From: a virus | Taxonomy: Duplodnaviria > Caudoviricetes | IMG/VR virus record: IMGVR_UViG_3300026270_000013 | Span: 1 to 35,816 of that record | Strand: one strand, 5' to 3' | DNA: 35,816 bases | Part shown: piece by piece, positions 10,324 through 18,541 of the stretch | Layout of the letters: each line of letters begins with the position of its first letter | Numbering within the stretch: position 1 is the stretch's first letter | Notes under the pieces: model-generated | Database searches by the model: none | What the model saw: the letters and a program-made list of their open reading frames with translations, nothing else | Told to the model about the DNA's origin: nothing | Program-made: the position numbers and the translations under genes

Positions 10324-12173
10324 TGATTACAACATCTACAGACTCAAATGGTAGAGTCATAGTGTTTGATGATGGTATCAATGATGATAATGTTCAAGAG
10401 TTTACTGTATGTGTCAAAAATGACTCAGATTGGACTGAGATTCATAATTACATTATTAATGAAACTAATTTAGATAACATTCCAAATCGAAGGATAAGTT
10501 GTACAAGTGATATGAAATTTTCTCCAAGGAGAGCGGTTTATTCAATGTCTGTAAATGAGGCAAATATATTGAAGAATCATTCTAAAGTTGAGTGGGTAGA
10601 ACAATCATCAATGTATAATTATGTTGTGTTATTACAGAGAAAATATGATGAAGAATTTGACAAAATTGCTGACATAAATCGATTTAAAATAGATTGTCGA
10701 AATATTAGAGCCAATAAGGCCACTGCCATTGATCCTGGCTCAACCTTAGATTTTACTCAATGGGGAATACATCGACATCAATCCACCGCAAATAATTTTG
10801 GATCTGATTTAATTATTAGTGATGATTCTCAATATTCATTGACAGGAAAAAATGTTGATATTGTAATTATGGATACTGGTGTTCGGTGGGATCATCCAGA
10901 TTTTTTAAAATCAGACGTATCTTCATTTAGTACAAAAGCAGATACAAGAGTTCGGGATATTTTAATACATGGTGCAGAGGAATATGGTATTGACTGGGCA
11001 GCACAAGGACTAACACCACCAGGCAGCGGTTTTCTGTTAAATTATACAGAGTCAAATGTATTGTCGTCTAGCACTTTTAATGGTTCTTGGCATGGAACTC
11101 ATGTTGCTGGAACGGCTGCTGGAAATCAATTTGGTGCTGCCTTTGAAGCAAACATTTGGTCTATCGCGTGTGTTGATCGTTCTGATGTTGGATGGTCAGA
11201 ACCGAGTGATGGATTTGATTATATCAAAGTTTGGCATAAAAATAAACCAGTTAATCCTGAAACTGGACTCAGAAATCCTACGATTGTAAATTGTAGTTGG
11301 GGTCATCGTCAATTTGTAAGAAAAAGTCTTTCTTATGATGTCACATTCAGAGGAACATCATATACTAAGACTCAAGTTGATGTCGGTGCAGGGGCTGTTC
11401 CTGCTGTTCATTACTTAGAACCCATTACAGCGGGTAATGTTGTTTACTATTCATTTACAACTAAAAAAACAACAGGTCAATCATCAGCTGATGAGTTGGT
11501 AAATGATGTTGACTGTCAGAATGTTATTTTAATTTGCTCTGCTGGCAACTCAAATGGAAAACAAGAGATAAAGAATGGCATAGATTATGATAATGAATTT
11601 ACTTCGGGAACTTTTTATTATAGTTCTGGATATGATAATTATTACAATCGATCAGGAACACCATCAATCACAAGAGAGGGTGAGGAGGATGCTGTAATTA
11701 GAGTTGGAGCTCTTGATAGTGATAGAGAATCTGGATCTCAAGAAAGAGCCGCAGATTACAGCGATAAAGGGCCAGATATTGATGTTTGGGCAGCGGGAAC
11801 AAGAGTTTTAAGTCCGTGGAGTGGTGGGTATTCCGATCCGAGAGATAATTCTTACTATATTCAATATTTAAATGGAACAAGTATGGCAGCACCAAATGTA
11901 TCTGGTGTTGTCGCACAACATCTAGAATCTAATCCAACTGCGACAAGAATAAATGTGAGAAAGTGGTTATTATCAGAGGGATCAAGATTGGTATCTAGTA
12001 GTGATTATTATGACCCATATGATAGTAATGGTGCAACTGACATTAATTATTGGGGAAATGATCATAGTTTAAAATCTTCTCCTCGTAGAATATTACATAA
12101 TCCTTATGCAAATAATACTGTGCCAAAAATAGATGGGGTGGTATTGTCTGGTGTATCAATCAAACAAACATAA
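10323..12173 (+). CDS. Subtilisin-like serine protease (peptidase S8)
   Basis: Catalytic triad motifs IVIMDTG, HGTHVAGTAAG and NGTSMAAPNVSG, plus the oxyanion SAGN. The N-terminal ~100 aa resemble a propeptide. TAATG-coupled to the large fibre gene. Confidence 0.93.
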   Translation: MITTSTDSNGRVIVFDDGINDDNVQEFTVCVKNDSDWTEIHNYIINETNLDNIPNRRISCTSDMKFSPRRAVYSMSVNEANILKNHSKVEWVEQSSMYNYVVLLQRKYDEEFDKIADINRFKIDCRNIRANKATAIDPGSTLDFTQWGIHRHQSTANNFGSDLIISDDSQYSLTGKNVDIVIMDTGVRWDHPDFLKSDVSSFSTKADTRVRDILIHGAEEYGIDWAAQGLTPPGSGFLLNYTESNVLSSSTFNGSWHGTHVAGTAAGNQFGAAFEANIWSIACVDRSDVGWSEPSDGFDYIKVWHKNKPVNPETGLRNPTIVNCSWGHRQFVRKSLSYDVTFRGTSYTKTQVDVGAGAVPAVHYLEPITAGNVVYYSFTTKKTTGQSSADELVNDVDCQNVILICSAGNSNGKQEIKNGIDYDNEFTSGTFYYSSGYDNYYNRSGTPSITREGEEDAVIRVGALDSDRESGSQERAADYSDKGPDIDVWAAGTRVLSPWSGGYSDPRDNSYYIQYLNGTSMAAPNVSGVVAQHLESNPTATRINVRKWLLSEGSRLVSSSDYYDPYDSNGATDINYWGNDHSLKSSPRRILHNPYANNTVPKIDGVVLSGVSIKQT

Positions 12174-12176
12174 ATA
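12169..12176 (+). promoter_or_regulatory. T4-type late promoter (CATAAATA)
   Basis: TAAATA core (tandem TAAATAAATA) just upstream of the 12194 ATG. Confidence 0.55.
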
Positions 12177-12193
12177 AATAAAAACGTTTAAAG

Positions 12194-13309
12194 ATGGCAG
12201 ATAACAGTTTCGGTGTTAAGGAATTAAATTTAATTAATTCTGGAACACCTAAAATAGAAAGTCCAAATAATCTGAATATAAATGCAGTTAACGTTGCCAT
12301 CAGCACAAATGCAACTGTAGGTGGTACTTTAGATGTTGATGGTCATACTGAACTTGATGACGTAAATGTATCTGGTGTATCTACATTTGTTGGGAATATC
12401 ATTGCTGGATCTGGCGTAACTATTAGTCCAGATGGCCATGGATTCTTTACAGGTGTTGTTACTTCTACGAGTTTCTCTGGTGATGGTTCCGCACTTACTG
12501 GTATCGCTGTTACTGCAAATGTAAGAACAGGTATATTAGACGTTGCTGGTATTGCAACATTTAGATCAAACACTCTTGTTGGATCAGGAATCACTTTAAG
12601 TCCTGATGGCCACGCATTTGTTTCTGGTATCACAACAGTTGGAAGACAGATAGTTGGTATTTCAACTAACAACCTTGTTCCATTCTTATTCAATAATTAT
12701 TCAGACTTACCAAGTGCATCTGATTATCATGGACAGTTTGCTCATGTTCATATTGCTGGTAAAGCTTTTTACGCACATGCTGGTGCTTGGTATGAGTTAG
12801 TTAATGTAGGATCTGATCTTACAGTTGGTCTTGGAACTGAGAAATACAATGTTGGTATTCTAACTGCAACTTCAATCAATGTTGGAACTGGTGTTACGAT
12901 TAGTTCTGATGGAGATTCATTCGTAACTGGTGTTTCAACTGCAACTAAATTTGTTGGTGACTTATCAGATTCAGCGATATCAAGATGGTCGGTTGGTAAT
13001 AATGGATTTTCGCATTACACGTTTACAGGGCCTGGTGGATTAAGTTCAGCAGAAGACCCTACAATCTATCTTGCAAGAGGACAGACCTATGAGTTTAACT
13101 TAAACGCAAGTGGTCATCCATTCCAAATACAAACAACTTCTGGTGGTTACAATGCAGGCAATGTCTATACCACAGGAATTACAAATGCTGGAGCAGCAGT
13201 CGGAGTGATAAAATTTGAAGTTCCATTCTCTGCACCAAACACATTGTATTATGTTTGTCAGAATCATTCAAACATGGCTGGAACGATAGTCATCTATCCA
13301 AGCATATAA
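12194..13309 (+). CDS. Tail fibre-like protein with C-terminal cupredoxin-like domain
   Basis: Fibre shaft repeats (GITLSPDG, GVVTST, FSGDGSALTG), a His-rich YHGQFAHVH..G...YAH.G.W module, and a C-terminal PTIYLARGQTYEF...GHPF...LYYVCQNHSNMAG domain with type-1 Cu-like ligands. Confidence 0.75.
   Translation: MADNSFGVKELNLINSGTPKIESPNNLNINAVNVAISTNATVGGTLDVDGHTELDDVNVSGVSTFVGNIIAGSGVTISPDGHGFFTGVVTSTSFSGDGSALTGIAVTANVRTGILDVAGIATFRSNTLVGSGITLSPDGHAFVSGITTVGRQIVGISTNNLVPFLFNNYSDLPSASDYHGQFAHVHIAGKAFYAHAGAWYELVNVGSDLTVGLGTEKYNVGILTATSINVGTGVTISSDGDSFVTGVSTATKFVGDLSDSAISRWSVGNNGFSHYTFTGPGGLSSAEDPTIYLARGQTYEFNLNASGHPFQIQTTSGGYNAGNVYTTGITNAGAAVGVIKFEVPFSAPNTLYYVCQNHSNMAGTIVIYPSI
12518..12609 (+). 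repeat. 92-bp direct repeat, copy 1 (copy 2 at 24047-24138)
   Basis: aatgtaagaacaggtatattagacgttgct...agtcctgatgg; 90/92 identical by eye, both differences synonymous. Confidence 0.9.
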
Positions 13310-13312
13310 TCA

Positions 13313-13353
13313 CATAAATAAAAATAAAAGGGTGGAGAGTGAAACCCAATGGC
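13313..13353 (+). promoter_or_regulatory. Late promoter (CATAAATA) plus conserved 25-nt leader/RBS element, copy 1
   Basis: agggtggagagtgaaacccaATGgc at 13329-13353 is identical to 17505-17529. Confidence 0.75.
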
Positions 13354-14209
13354 AGTAAATAAAAATTTTGTAGTTAAGAATGGCCTAGAGGTTGATACTA
13401 ATACCCTCTTTGTCGATTCTGCTAATAATCGAGTCGCGATTGGTACAACAGTGCCAACTGCGACTCTTGACGTTCGTGGTAAAATACTATCGGATAGTCA
13501 AATAGAGGGTTTCGTAGGTGAATTTGTCGGCATCGTTACTGCTGGTGCGGTTGGTGTGACCACAATGACCGCAACTGACGCAGTTGTAAGTGGATTCTCA
13601 ACACTTGGAAAGGCAAACGCCACATCATTAAACGTTACAACAGGTTTTTCAACAGTTCAGTCATTGACTGCAACTGACTTGACAGTATCAATCGGTGCAA
13701 CGATCACAAAAGACTTAAATGTTGGTGCAGCTTTAACTGTTGGCACTGCATTAACAGTCACTGGTACATCTAAATTTCAGGATGTACAGGTTGGATCAGC
13801 CCTTACTGTCGTAGGTGTAACAACTCTTAATACGTTAAATGTAAGTGGTGATGCTACTTTCGATAGTGATGTTAATGTTAATGGTAATTTAGTTTTTAGT
13901 GATTTAAGTGTTAACAATGCACTTATTTCAGGAATTGCAACGATTGGATTTACCAGTACATCAGATGCTTTTGTCTCTGGTATGACAACCACTAGTTTAT
14001 TGAACGTTGGTCTTGGTGCAACAATGATGAAAGTAGTTGGAGTACCTTCAACTATGATTGGTGTCAATCAAGTTAACCCTGCATATACATTAGATGTGGA
14101 TGGTGACATAAATACCACAGGTAGTATTCGTATCAACGGAACTGCAATTGTATCATCGGCTGGTGCAACAGAAGAAGATGTAACCGCTCTCGCAATCGCT
14201 TTAGGATAA
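13349..14209 (+). CDS. Tail fibre/stalk protein ending in TALAIALG
   Basis: MAVNKNFVVKNGLEV N-terminus, VAIGTTVP..TLDVRG and IGVN...P.YTLDVDG shaft motifs, hydrophobic C-terminal ALAIALG. Confidence 0.75.
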   Translation: MAVNKNFVVKNGLEVDTNTLFVDSANNRVAIGTTVPTATLDVRGKILSDSQIEGFVGEFVGIVTAGAVGVTTMTATDAVVSGFSTLGKANATSLNVTTGFSTVQSLTATDLTVSIGATITKDLNVGAALTVGTALTVTGTSKFQDVQVGSALTVVGVTTLNTLNVSGDATFDSDVNVNGNLVFSDLSVNNALISGIATIGFTSTSDAFVSGMTTTSLLNVGLGATMMKVVGVPSTMIGVNQVNPAYTLDVDGDINTTGSIRINGTAIVSSAGATEEDVTALAIALG

Positions 14210-14216
14210 TCAAACA

Positions 14217-14549
14217 ATGGCAAACACCTTTAAATTAAAAACAAAAGCTAATGTGGGAGTCACCACAGTTGGAATATATACTGCTCCCTCTGCAACAACA
14301 ACTGTTGTGATTGGTATCACCCTTGCAAATACATCTGGAACTGGTGTCAATGTGGGTGTTGCAGTCTCAAGAACATCAACATCGAAAGAAGATGTTAATT
14401 TATTAAAAAATGCTCCAATTCCACATGGTTCATCTCTTGAATTCATGGGAGGAAATAAAGTTGTTCTTGAAACGAATGATCAAATAAATGTAAATAGCGA
14501 CACAAATGATAGTGTTGATGCTGCTTTAACAATTATGGAGATCACATAA
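14217..14549 (+). CDS. Small beta-rich virion protein (MANTFK family)
   Basis: 110 aa: YTAPSATTTVVIG..LAN...LLKNAPIP.GSSLE..GGNKVVLE..D...IMEIT. I recognise this as a common marine-phage structural protein that follows ALAIALG-ending genes. Confidence 0.65.
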   Translation: MANTFKLKTKANVGVTTVGIYTAPSATTTVVIGITLANTSGTGVNVGVAVSRTSTSKEDVNLLKNAPIPHGSSLEFMGGNKVVLETNDQINVNSDTNDSVDAALTIMEIT

Positions 14550-14550
14550 G

Positions 14551-15150
14551 ATGTCATTTACAAAAATCAATGCTGCTGGTATTGGTTCAACAGAAACGAT
14601 TACAGTAAATGGTTTAACTGTTGTCGGTGAAGGATCTTTTGGTGGTAATGTTTCGGTTGCTGGTACATTAACTTATGAGGATGTAACTAATATAGATTCA
14701 GTTGGACTCATTACTGCGAGAGATGGTATAAGTGTTACAGGTGGTGGGATTGCAGTTGGAAGTAATATCACGTTAAGTGCTGGTGGAAATATATTTGCCG
14801 CTGGTATTTCTACGATAGGAAATGTAGAAGACGGAAAAGGTAATTTAAGAAGTATTCCTCAAAACTCTCAAAGTTCAGCTTATACACTTACCATTGCTGA
14901 TGCAGGCAAACACGTTTCTATTACAACTGGTGGTGTAACGATTCCATCTGGTGTTTTTTCAACTGGTGATGCTATCACAATTGTTAATGATAGTGGATCT
15001 GATCAAACAATCACTTGTAGTGCAGTGACCACATACCTAGCTAATGATACAAGCACTAAATCATCACTAACTTTAAAAGCAAGAGGATTAGCAACCTTCT
15101 TATTCGTTTCTGCGACTGTCGTTTATGGTGCTGGAGCTGGATTAGAATAA
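14551..15150 (+). CDS. Fibre stalk/adaptor 1 (MSFTK N-terminus, YEDVTN hinge, SIPQN-type C-terminal domain)
   Basis: Contains GNVSVAGTLTYEDVTNIDSVGLITAR. C-terminal RSIPQNSQSSAYTL..ADAGKH...RGLAT.LFV...GAGL domain. Confidence 0.75.
   Translation: MSFTKINAAGIGSTETITVNGLTVVGEGSFGGNVSVAGTLTYEDVTNIDSVGLITARDGISVTGGGIAVGSNITLSAGGNIFAAGISTIGNVEDGKGNLRSIPQNSQSSAYTLTIADAGKHVSITTGGVTIPSGVFSTGDAITIVNDSGSDQTITCSAVTTYLANDTSTKSSLTLKARGLATFLFVSATVVYGAGAGLE
14644..14721 (+). repeat. 78-bp YEDVTN hinge repeat, copy 1 of 5
   Basis: Encodes GNVSVAGTLTYEDVTNIDSVGLITAR; similar at DNA level to 17960, 21337, 23873 and 26463. Confidence 0.9.
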
Positions 15151-17456
15151 TGCCAATTCAACAAATGCTTTTGGCCACTGGTAGTAGTTCTGTTAATCTC
15201 AGTGATAATTACTGGATGTTAAATTATACTGAGGGACATACGACTTACAGTATGCAAGAGGGAAATGGAGTAGCAGTTGATAATACAGATGGTAGTGTTT
15301 ATGTTTGTGGTTATCATATAGCAAATCCAAATAGCACTAACACTGAAGATACTATCATTGCTAAGTTTGACATAACAGGAGTTCTTCAATGGCAACGTAA
15401 GTTAGACGCTGGCACCAATTCTTATAATAATTCTAGGGGCAAATCTTTAGCAGTTGATAGTTCAGGTAATGTTTATATTTGTGGTACTGCTCAACTATAT
15501 GGCTCAGGTGGTATTGGTAATTATGATGCATTTTTGGTGAAATTTAACTCTTCAGGAGTTCTTCAATGGGAGAGACTTCTAGGTAGTAGTGGAGAAGCTG
15601 AAGATTTTACTGATATAAAAATTGATAGTTCTGATAATATTTACGTTGTCGGTCATCATTATATAGATCCTGCTTCAGGTGATCAACCCATGATGGTTGC
15701 TAAGTATAATACTTCGGGAACTCTTCAATGGTATAAATTGTTTGGTACAAATTATTACGGCGGTAGTACATCTCAAAGACAATTTGAGGGTCTCGGAATA
15801 GATACCGATAGTTCAGGTAATGTTTATATTTGTGGTTATCTGAAGAATGTTTATGGTGCTAATCTTGAAGCATATTTGGTGAAATATGACTCTTCAGGAA
15901 ATGAACAGTTCTTCCGAATGGTGACTGGTGGTGGTACTGCTGAATACTTTAGAGGAGTAGCGGTTGATAGTTCGGATAATGTTTATGCTGTTGGAACAAC
16001 TAACTCAAATGCTCAAGGTGGTGGTGTTATGGGTTTAGTTGTTAAATGGAATTCTTCAGGAACTCTTCAATGGCAACGTCAGATAGGTGAAAACACTGGA
16101 GCTACATGGGCAAGAAGTCAACATTTCTATAGAGTAAAAGTTGACAGTTCGGATAATATTATCGTTGCAGGTACTCATTATACTTATAATACGACTAATC
16201 AAGGAAATGAAGCATTTGTTATGAAATTTAATTCTTCAGGAACTATTCAATGGCAACGTTCACTAGGTCATACCTACAATGGTGCTGACTATGTTTTTCC
16301 CAATACTTATGCTTATGGATTGGCACTTGACATTGAGGATAATTTTTATCTTTGTGGTATAGAGTCAGATTCAGCACATACATCTGGATTTTACTCAAGA
16401 TTAAATCTCGTTAAATTACCTAGCGATGGTTCATACCTCGGTAGATATGGAACCTTTAACTATCGAGCTACCGCATTAGTTGATTTTACAGCAAATTCAA
16501 TATTGTCCTTTCATCCACCATCGCAACCACCCACAATTTATTCAACATTTACACGAACACTTACTGAAGGCACATCATCATATTTTACAGATTCTGCGAA
16601 CAATTTTGTTTCTGAAACTAGTGCTGTTTATGATGGCACTTCTACAACTTCTATTGTTACGGACAATCTTGAATTTCATATCGATGCTGGTGTTACCACA
16701 TCGTATTCTGGTTCGGGAACCTCACTTAATTCTTTAGTCAATGGTTACAGTGCAGAGGGTGGATCTTCTGAAGTAACATATTCAACACATAACGGTGGTC
16801 ATTTCCAGATTCCTTACAGTATGAGCTATTATGGTGGTTGGTATTATGGAATTGCATTTATGTTTAGAGGTCTTGGATGGGACTTTGGAAGTGGAGACTT
16901 TACTGTTGAAATGTGGATAAGACCCACTGGATCTAATATGGGTTTACCAATTGAAGCGATTTATGCACAGGGTAATGCCAATTCATCATCAACAGGAAGA
17001 ATCGATCTTTGGTATTATATGGTATATAATTCTGGAGGCCCTCAATACGTCTTCAGATCATATGATAGTAATGGTGCAAATAATACTATGTACAATTCAA
17101 ATGGTTTTGAAGAGTTACAAACGAGTTATAATAACATTCATGGAAATATAGCCTGGAACTACAATAGAGATTGGTTCCATGTCGTTATTACATCTGATGT
17201 AAGCACCACCACAAGGAAACATTATATAAATGGTTCTTTAAAATATACATACAATGATGCTATGAATGATGAAATAAGATCTTATGGTATTGCAAATAAT
17301 ACTCTATTGTCTTTAGGTGGTGCTATAGGTTCAAATAATCCATATGAAGGAGACATGGCTATTGTTAGACTTTATAAAGGTAAAGCTTTATCGGCTTCAG
17401 AAGTATCTCAAAATTACGATGTGGATAAGAATCGTTTTGGGACAAATACTTATTAA
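15150..17456 (+). CDS. Adhesin/head 1: beta-propeller (SBBP-like repeats) + LamG/concanavalin-A-like domain
   Basis: About 7 repeats of AVDSSGNVY.CG...AFLVKFNSSG.LQWQR. C-terminal L.FHIDA...SYSGSG / DFTVEMWIRP / W.HVV / YINGSL / GDMAIVRLY.KALSASEV.QNY LamG signature. Confidence 0.8.
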   Translation: MPIQQMLLATGSSSVNLSDNYWMLNYTEGHTTYSMQEGNGVAVDNTDGSVYVCGYHIANPNSTNTEDTIIAKFDITGVLQWQRKLDAGTNSYNNSRGKSLAVDSSGNVYICGTAQLYGSGGIGNYDAFLVKFNSSGVLQWERLLGSSGEAEDFTDIKIDSSDNIYVVGHHYIDPASGDQPMMVAKYNTSGTLQWYKLFGTNYYGGSTSQRQFEGLGIDTDSSGNVYICGYLKNVYGANLEAYLVKYDSSGNEQFFRMVTGGGTAEYFRGVAVDSSDNVYAVGTTNSNAQGGGVMGLVVKWNSSGTLQWQRQIGENTGATWARSQHFYRVKVDSSDNIIVAGTHYTYNTTNQGNEAFVMKFNSSGTIQWQRSLGHTYNGADYVFPNTYAYGLALDIEDNFYLCGIESDSAHTSGFYSRLNLVKLPSDGSYLGRYGTFNYRATALVDFTANSILSFHPPSQPPTIYSTFTRTLTEGTSSYFTDSANNFVSETSAVYDGTSTTSIVTDNLEFHIDAGVTTSYSGSGTSLNSLVNGYSAEGGSSEVTYSTHNGGHFQIPYSMSYYGGWYYGIAFMFRGLGWDFGSGDFTVEMWIRPTGSNMGLPIEAIYAQGNANSSSTGRIDLWYYMVYNSGGPQYVFRSYDSNGANNTMYNSNGFEELQTSYNNIHGNIAWNYNRDWFHVVITSDVSTTTRKHYINGSLKYTYNDAMNDEIRSYGIANNTLLSLGGAIGSNNPYEGDMAIVRLYKGKALSASEVSQNYDVDKNRFGTNTY

Positions 17457-17476
17457 ATAACTAGAAAAATAAACAA

Positions 17477-17529
17477 TCTAATTAAACTAAATAATTAAAA
17501 TAATAGGGTGGAGAGTGAAACCCAATGGC
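17477..17529 (+). promoter_or_regulatory. Late promoter (ACTAAATA) plus conserved 25-nt leader/RBS element, copy 2
   Basis: tctaattaaactaaataa (17477-17494) is identical to 20733-20750; agggtggagagtgaaacccaATGgc (17505-17529) is identical to 13329-13353. Confidence 0.75.
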
Positions 17530-18532
17530 GTATATAGGAAGACAAACAACACAAGGCGGTTTTATTAAACTGGATGATATTCAATCACAGTTTAATGGTG
17601 TTACAAAAACTTTTAATTTAACATCAGGCGGTCAAGCATTCTCGCCAGGATCTGCAAATTCTCTTTTAGTATCAATCGCTGGTATCATACAGGAATCTGG
17701 AAGTTCATATACAATTGATAATAGCACAATTACTTTTGCAACTGCACCAACTTCAGACGCAGAGGTATTCATGCATGCGATGGGTTCTCGTGTCAACGTT
17801 GGATCACCTTCAGCTGGAACAGTTGATGCATCAACATTTAAATCCAATTTTGGTACATATCAAGGAACCATAAGTGCAACCTCATTTACTGGTGATGGTT
17901 CACAATTAACACTTAATGCTGTACCAACAATAACTGTAACTGGGGATAGTACATTCAATGGAAACGTATCAATTGGCGGAACATTGAGTTATGAAGATGT
18001 AACAAATGTTGATGCAGTTGGATTGATTACTGCAAGATCTGGTATTAAAGTTGGTAGTGGAATAACTTTTAGTCCTGATGGAAATGCATTTCATACAGGT
18101 ATTGTAACTGCTACATCAGTAACTACGAGTCAAGGAGTAGACCTTACTGGTTTGTTGAGAGAAAATGTAAATATAGTCACTGGTAAGTTGAGTGATAATC
18201 AGAATATTGATTTAGCAAGTGGAATGATTCATTACTTTACAACTACAGAAACAACCACCTCTACTCCTAATTTAAGATTTGATAGTTCCACCACTCTCGA
18301 CAGTAAGATGTCTGTTGGAGAAACTATAGCAGTAACGATTATTACTACTGCAGCAGGAGCTGCTTACTCTGATCAATTAACAATTGATGGTACTTCGATT
18401 ACTGAAAATTGGATAGCTGGAGAGGTTCCGACCTCTGGCGGTAATAGTGGTGTCGATATATACAGTTATACGATTGTTAAAGTAGGAAACGCAAGTTTTC
18501 TCGTGATTGCAAATTTAACAAAAACATCATAG
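17525..18532 (+). CDS. Fibre stalk/adaptor 2 (MAYIG N-terminus, YEDVTN hinge, W..G..P...G.D.Y C-terminal domain)
   Basis: MAYIGRQ..LDDI..QFNG...F.L...LLVSI.GIIQ module; hinge at 17960-18037; C-terminal domain closely similar to that of 26343..26942. Confidence 0.75.
   Translation: MAYIGRQTTQGGFIKLDDIQSQFNGVTKTFNLTSGGQAFSPGSANSLLVSIAGIIQESGSSYTIDNSTITFATAPTSDAEVFMHAMGSRVNVGSPSAGTVDASTFKSNFGTYQGTISATSFTGDGSQLTLNAVPTITVTGDSTFNGNVSIGGTLSYEDVTNVDAVGLITARSGIKVGSGITFSPDGNAFHTGIVTATSVTTSQGVDLTGLLRENVNIVTGKLSDNQNIDLASGMIHYFTTTETTTSTPNLRFDSSTTLDSKMSVGETIAVTIITTAAGAAYSDQLTIDGTSITENWIAGEVPTSGGNSGVDIYSYTIVKVGNASFLVIANLTKTS
17960..18037 (+). repeat. 78-bp YEDVTN hinge repeat, copy 2 of 5
   Basis: Encodes GNVSIGGTLSYEDVTNVDAVGLITAR. 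Confidence 0.9.
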
Positions 18533-18541
18533 TGACTTAAA

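Noticed and set aside
13040-13309. Calling the cupredoxin-like domain plastocyanin (petE)
   Set aside because: It is fused to a fibre shaft, has no signal peptide, and has C-x2-H-x2-M rather than the plastocyanin C-x2-H-x4-M spacing.
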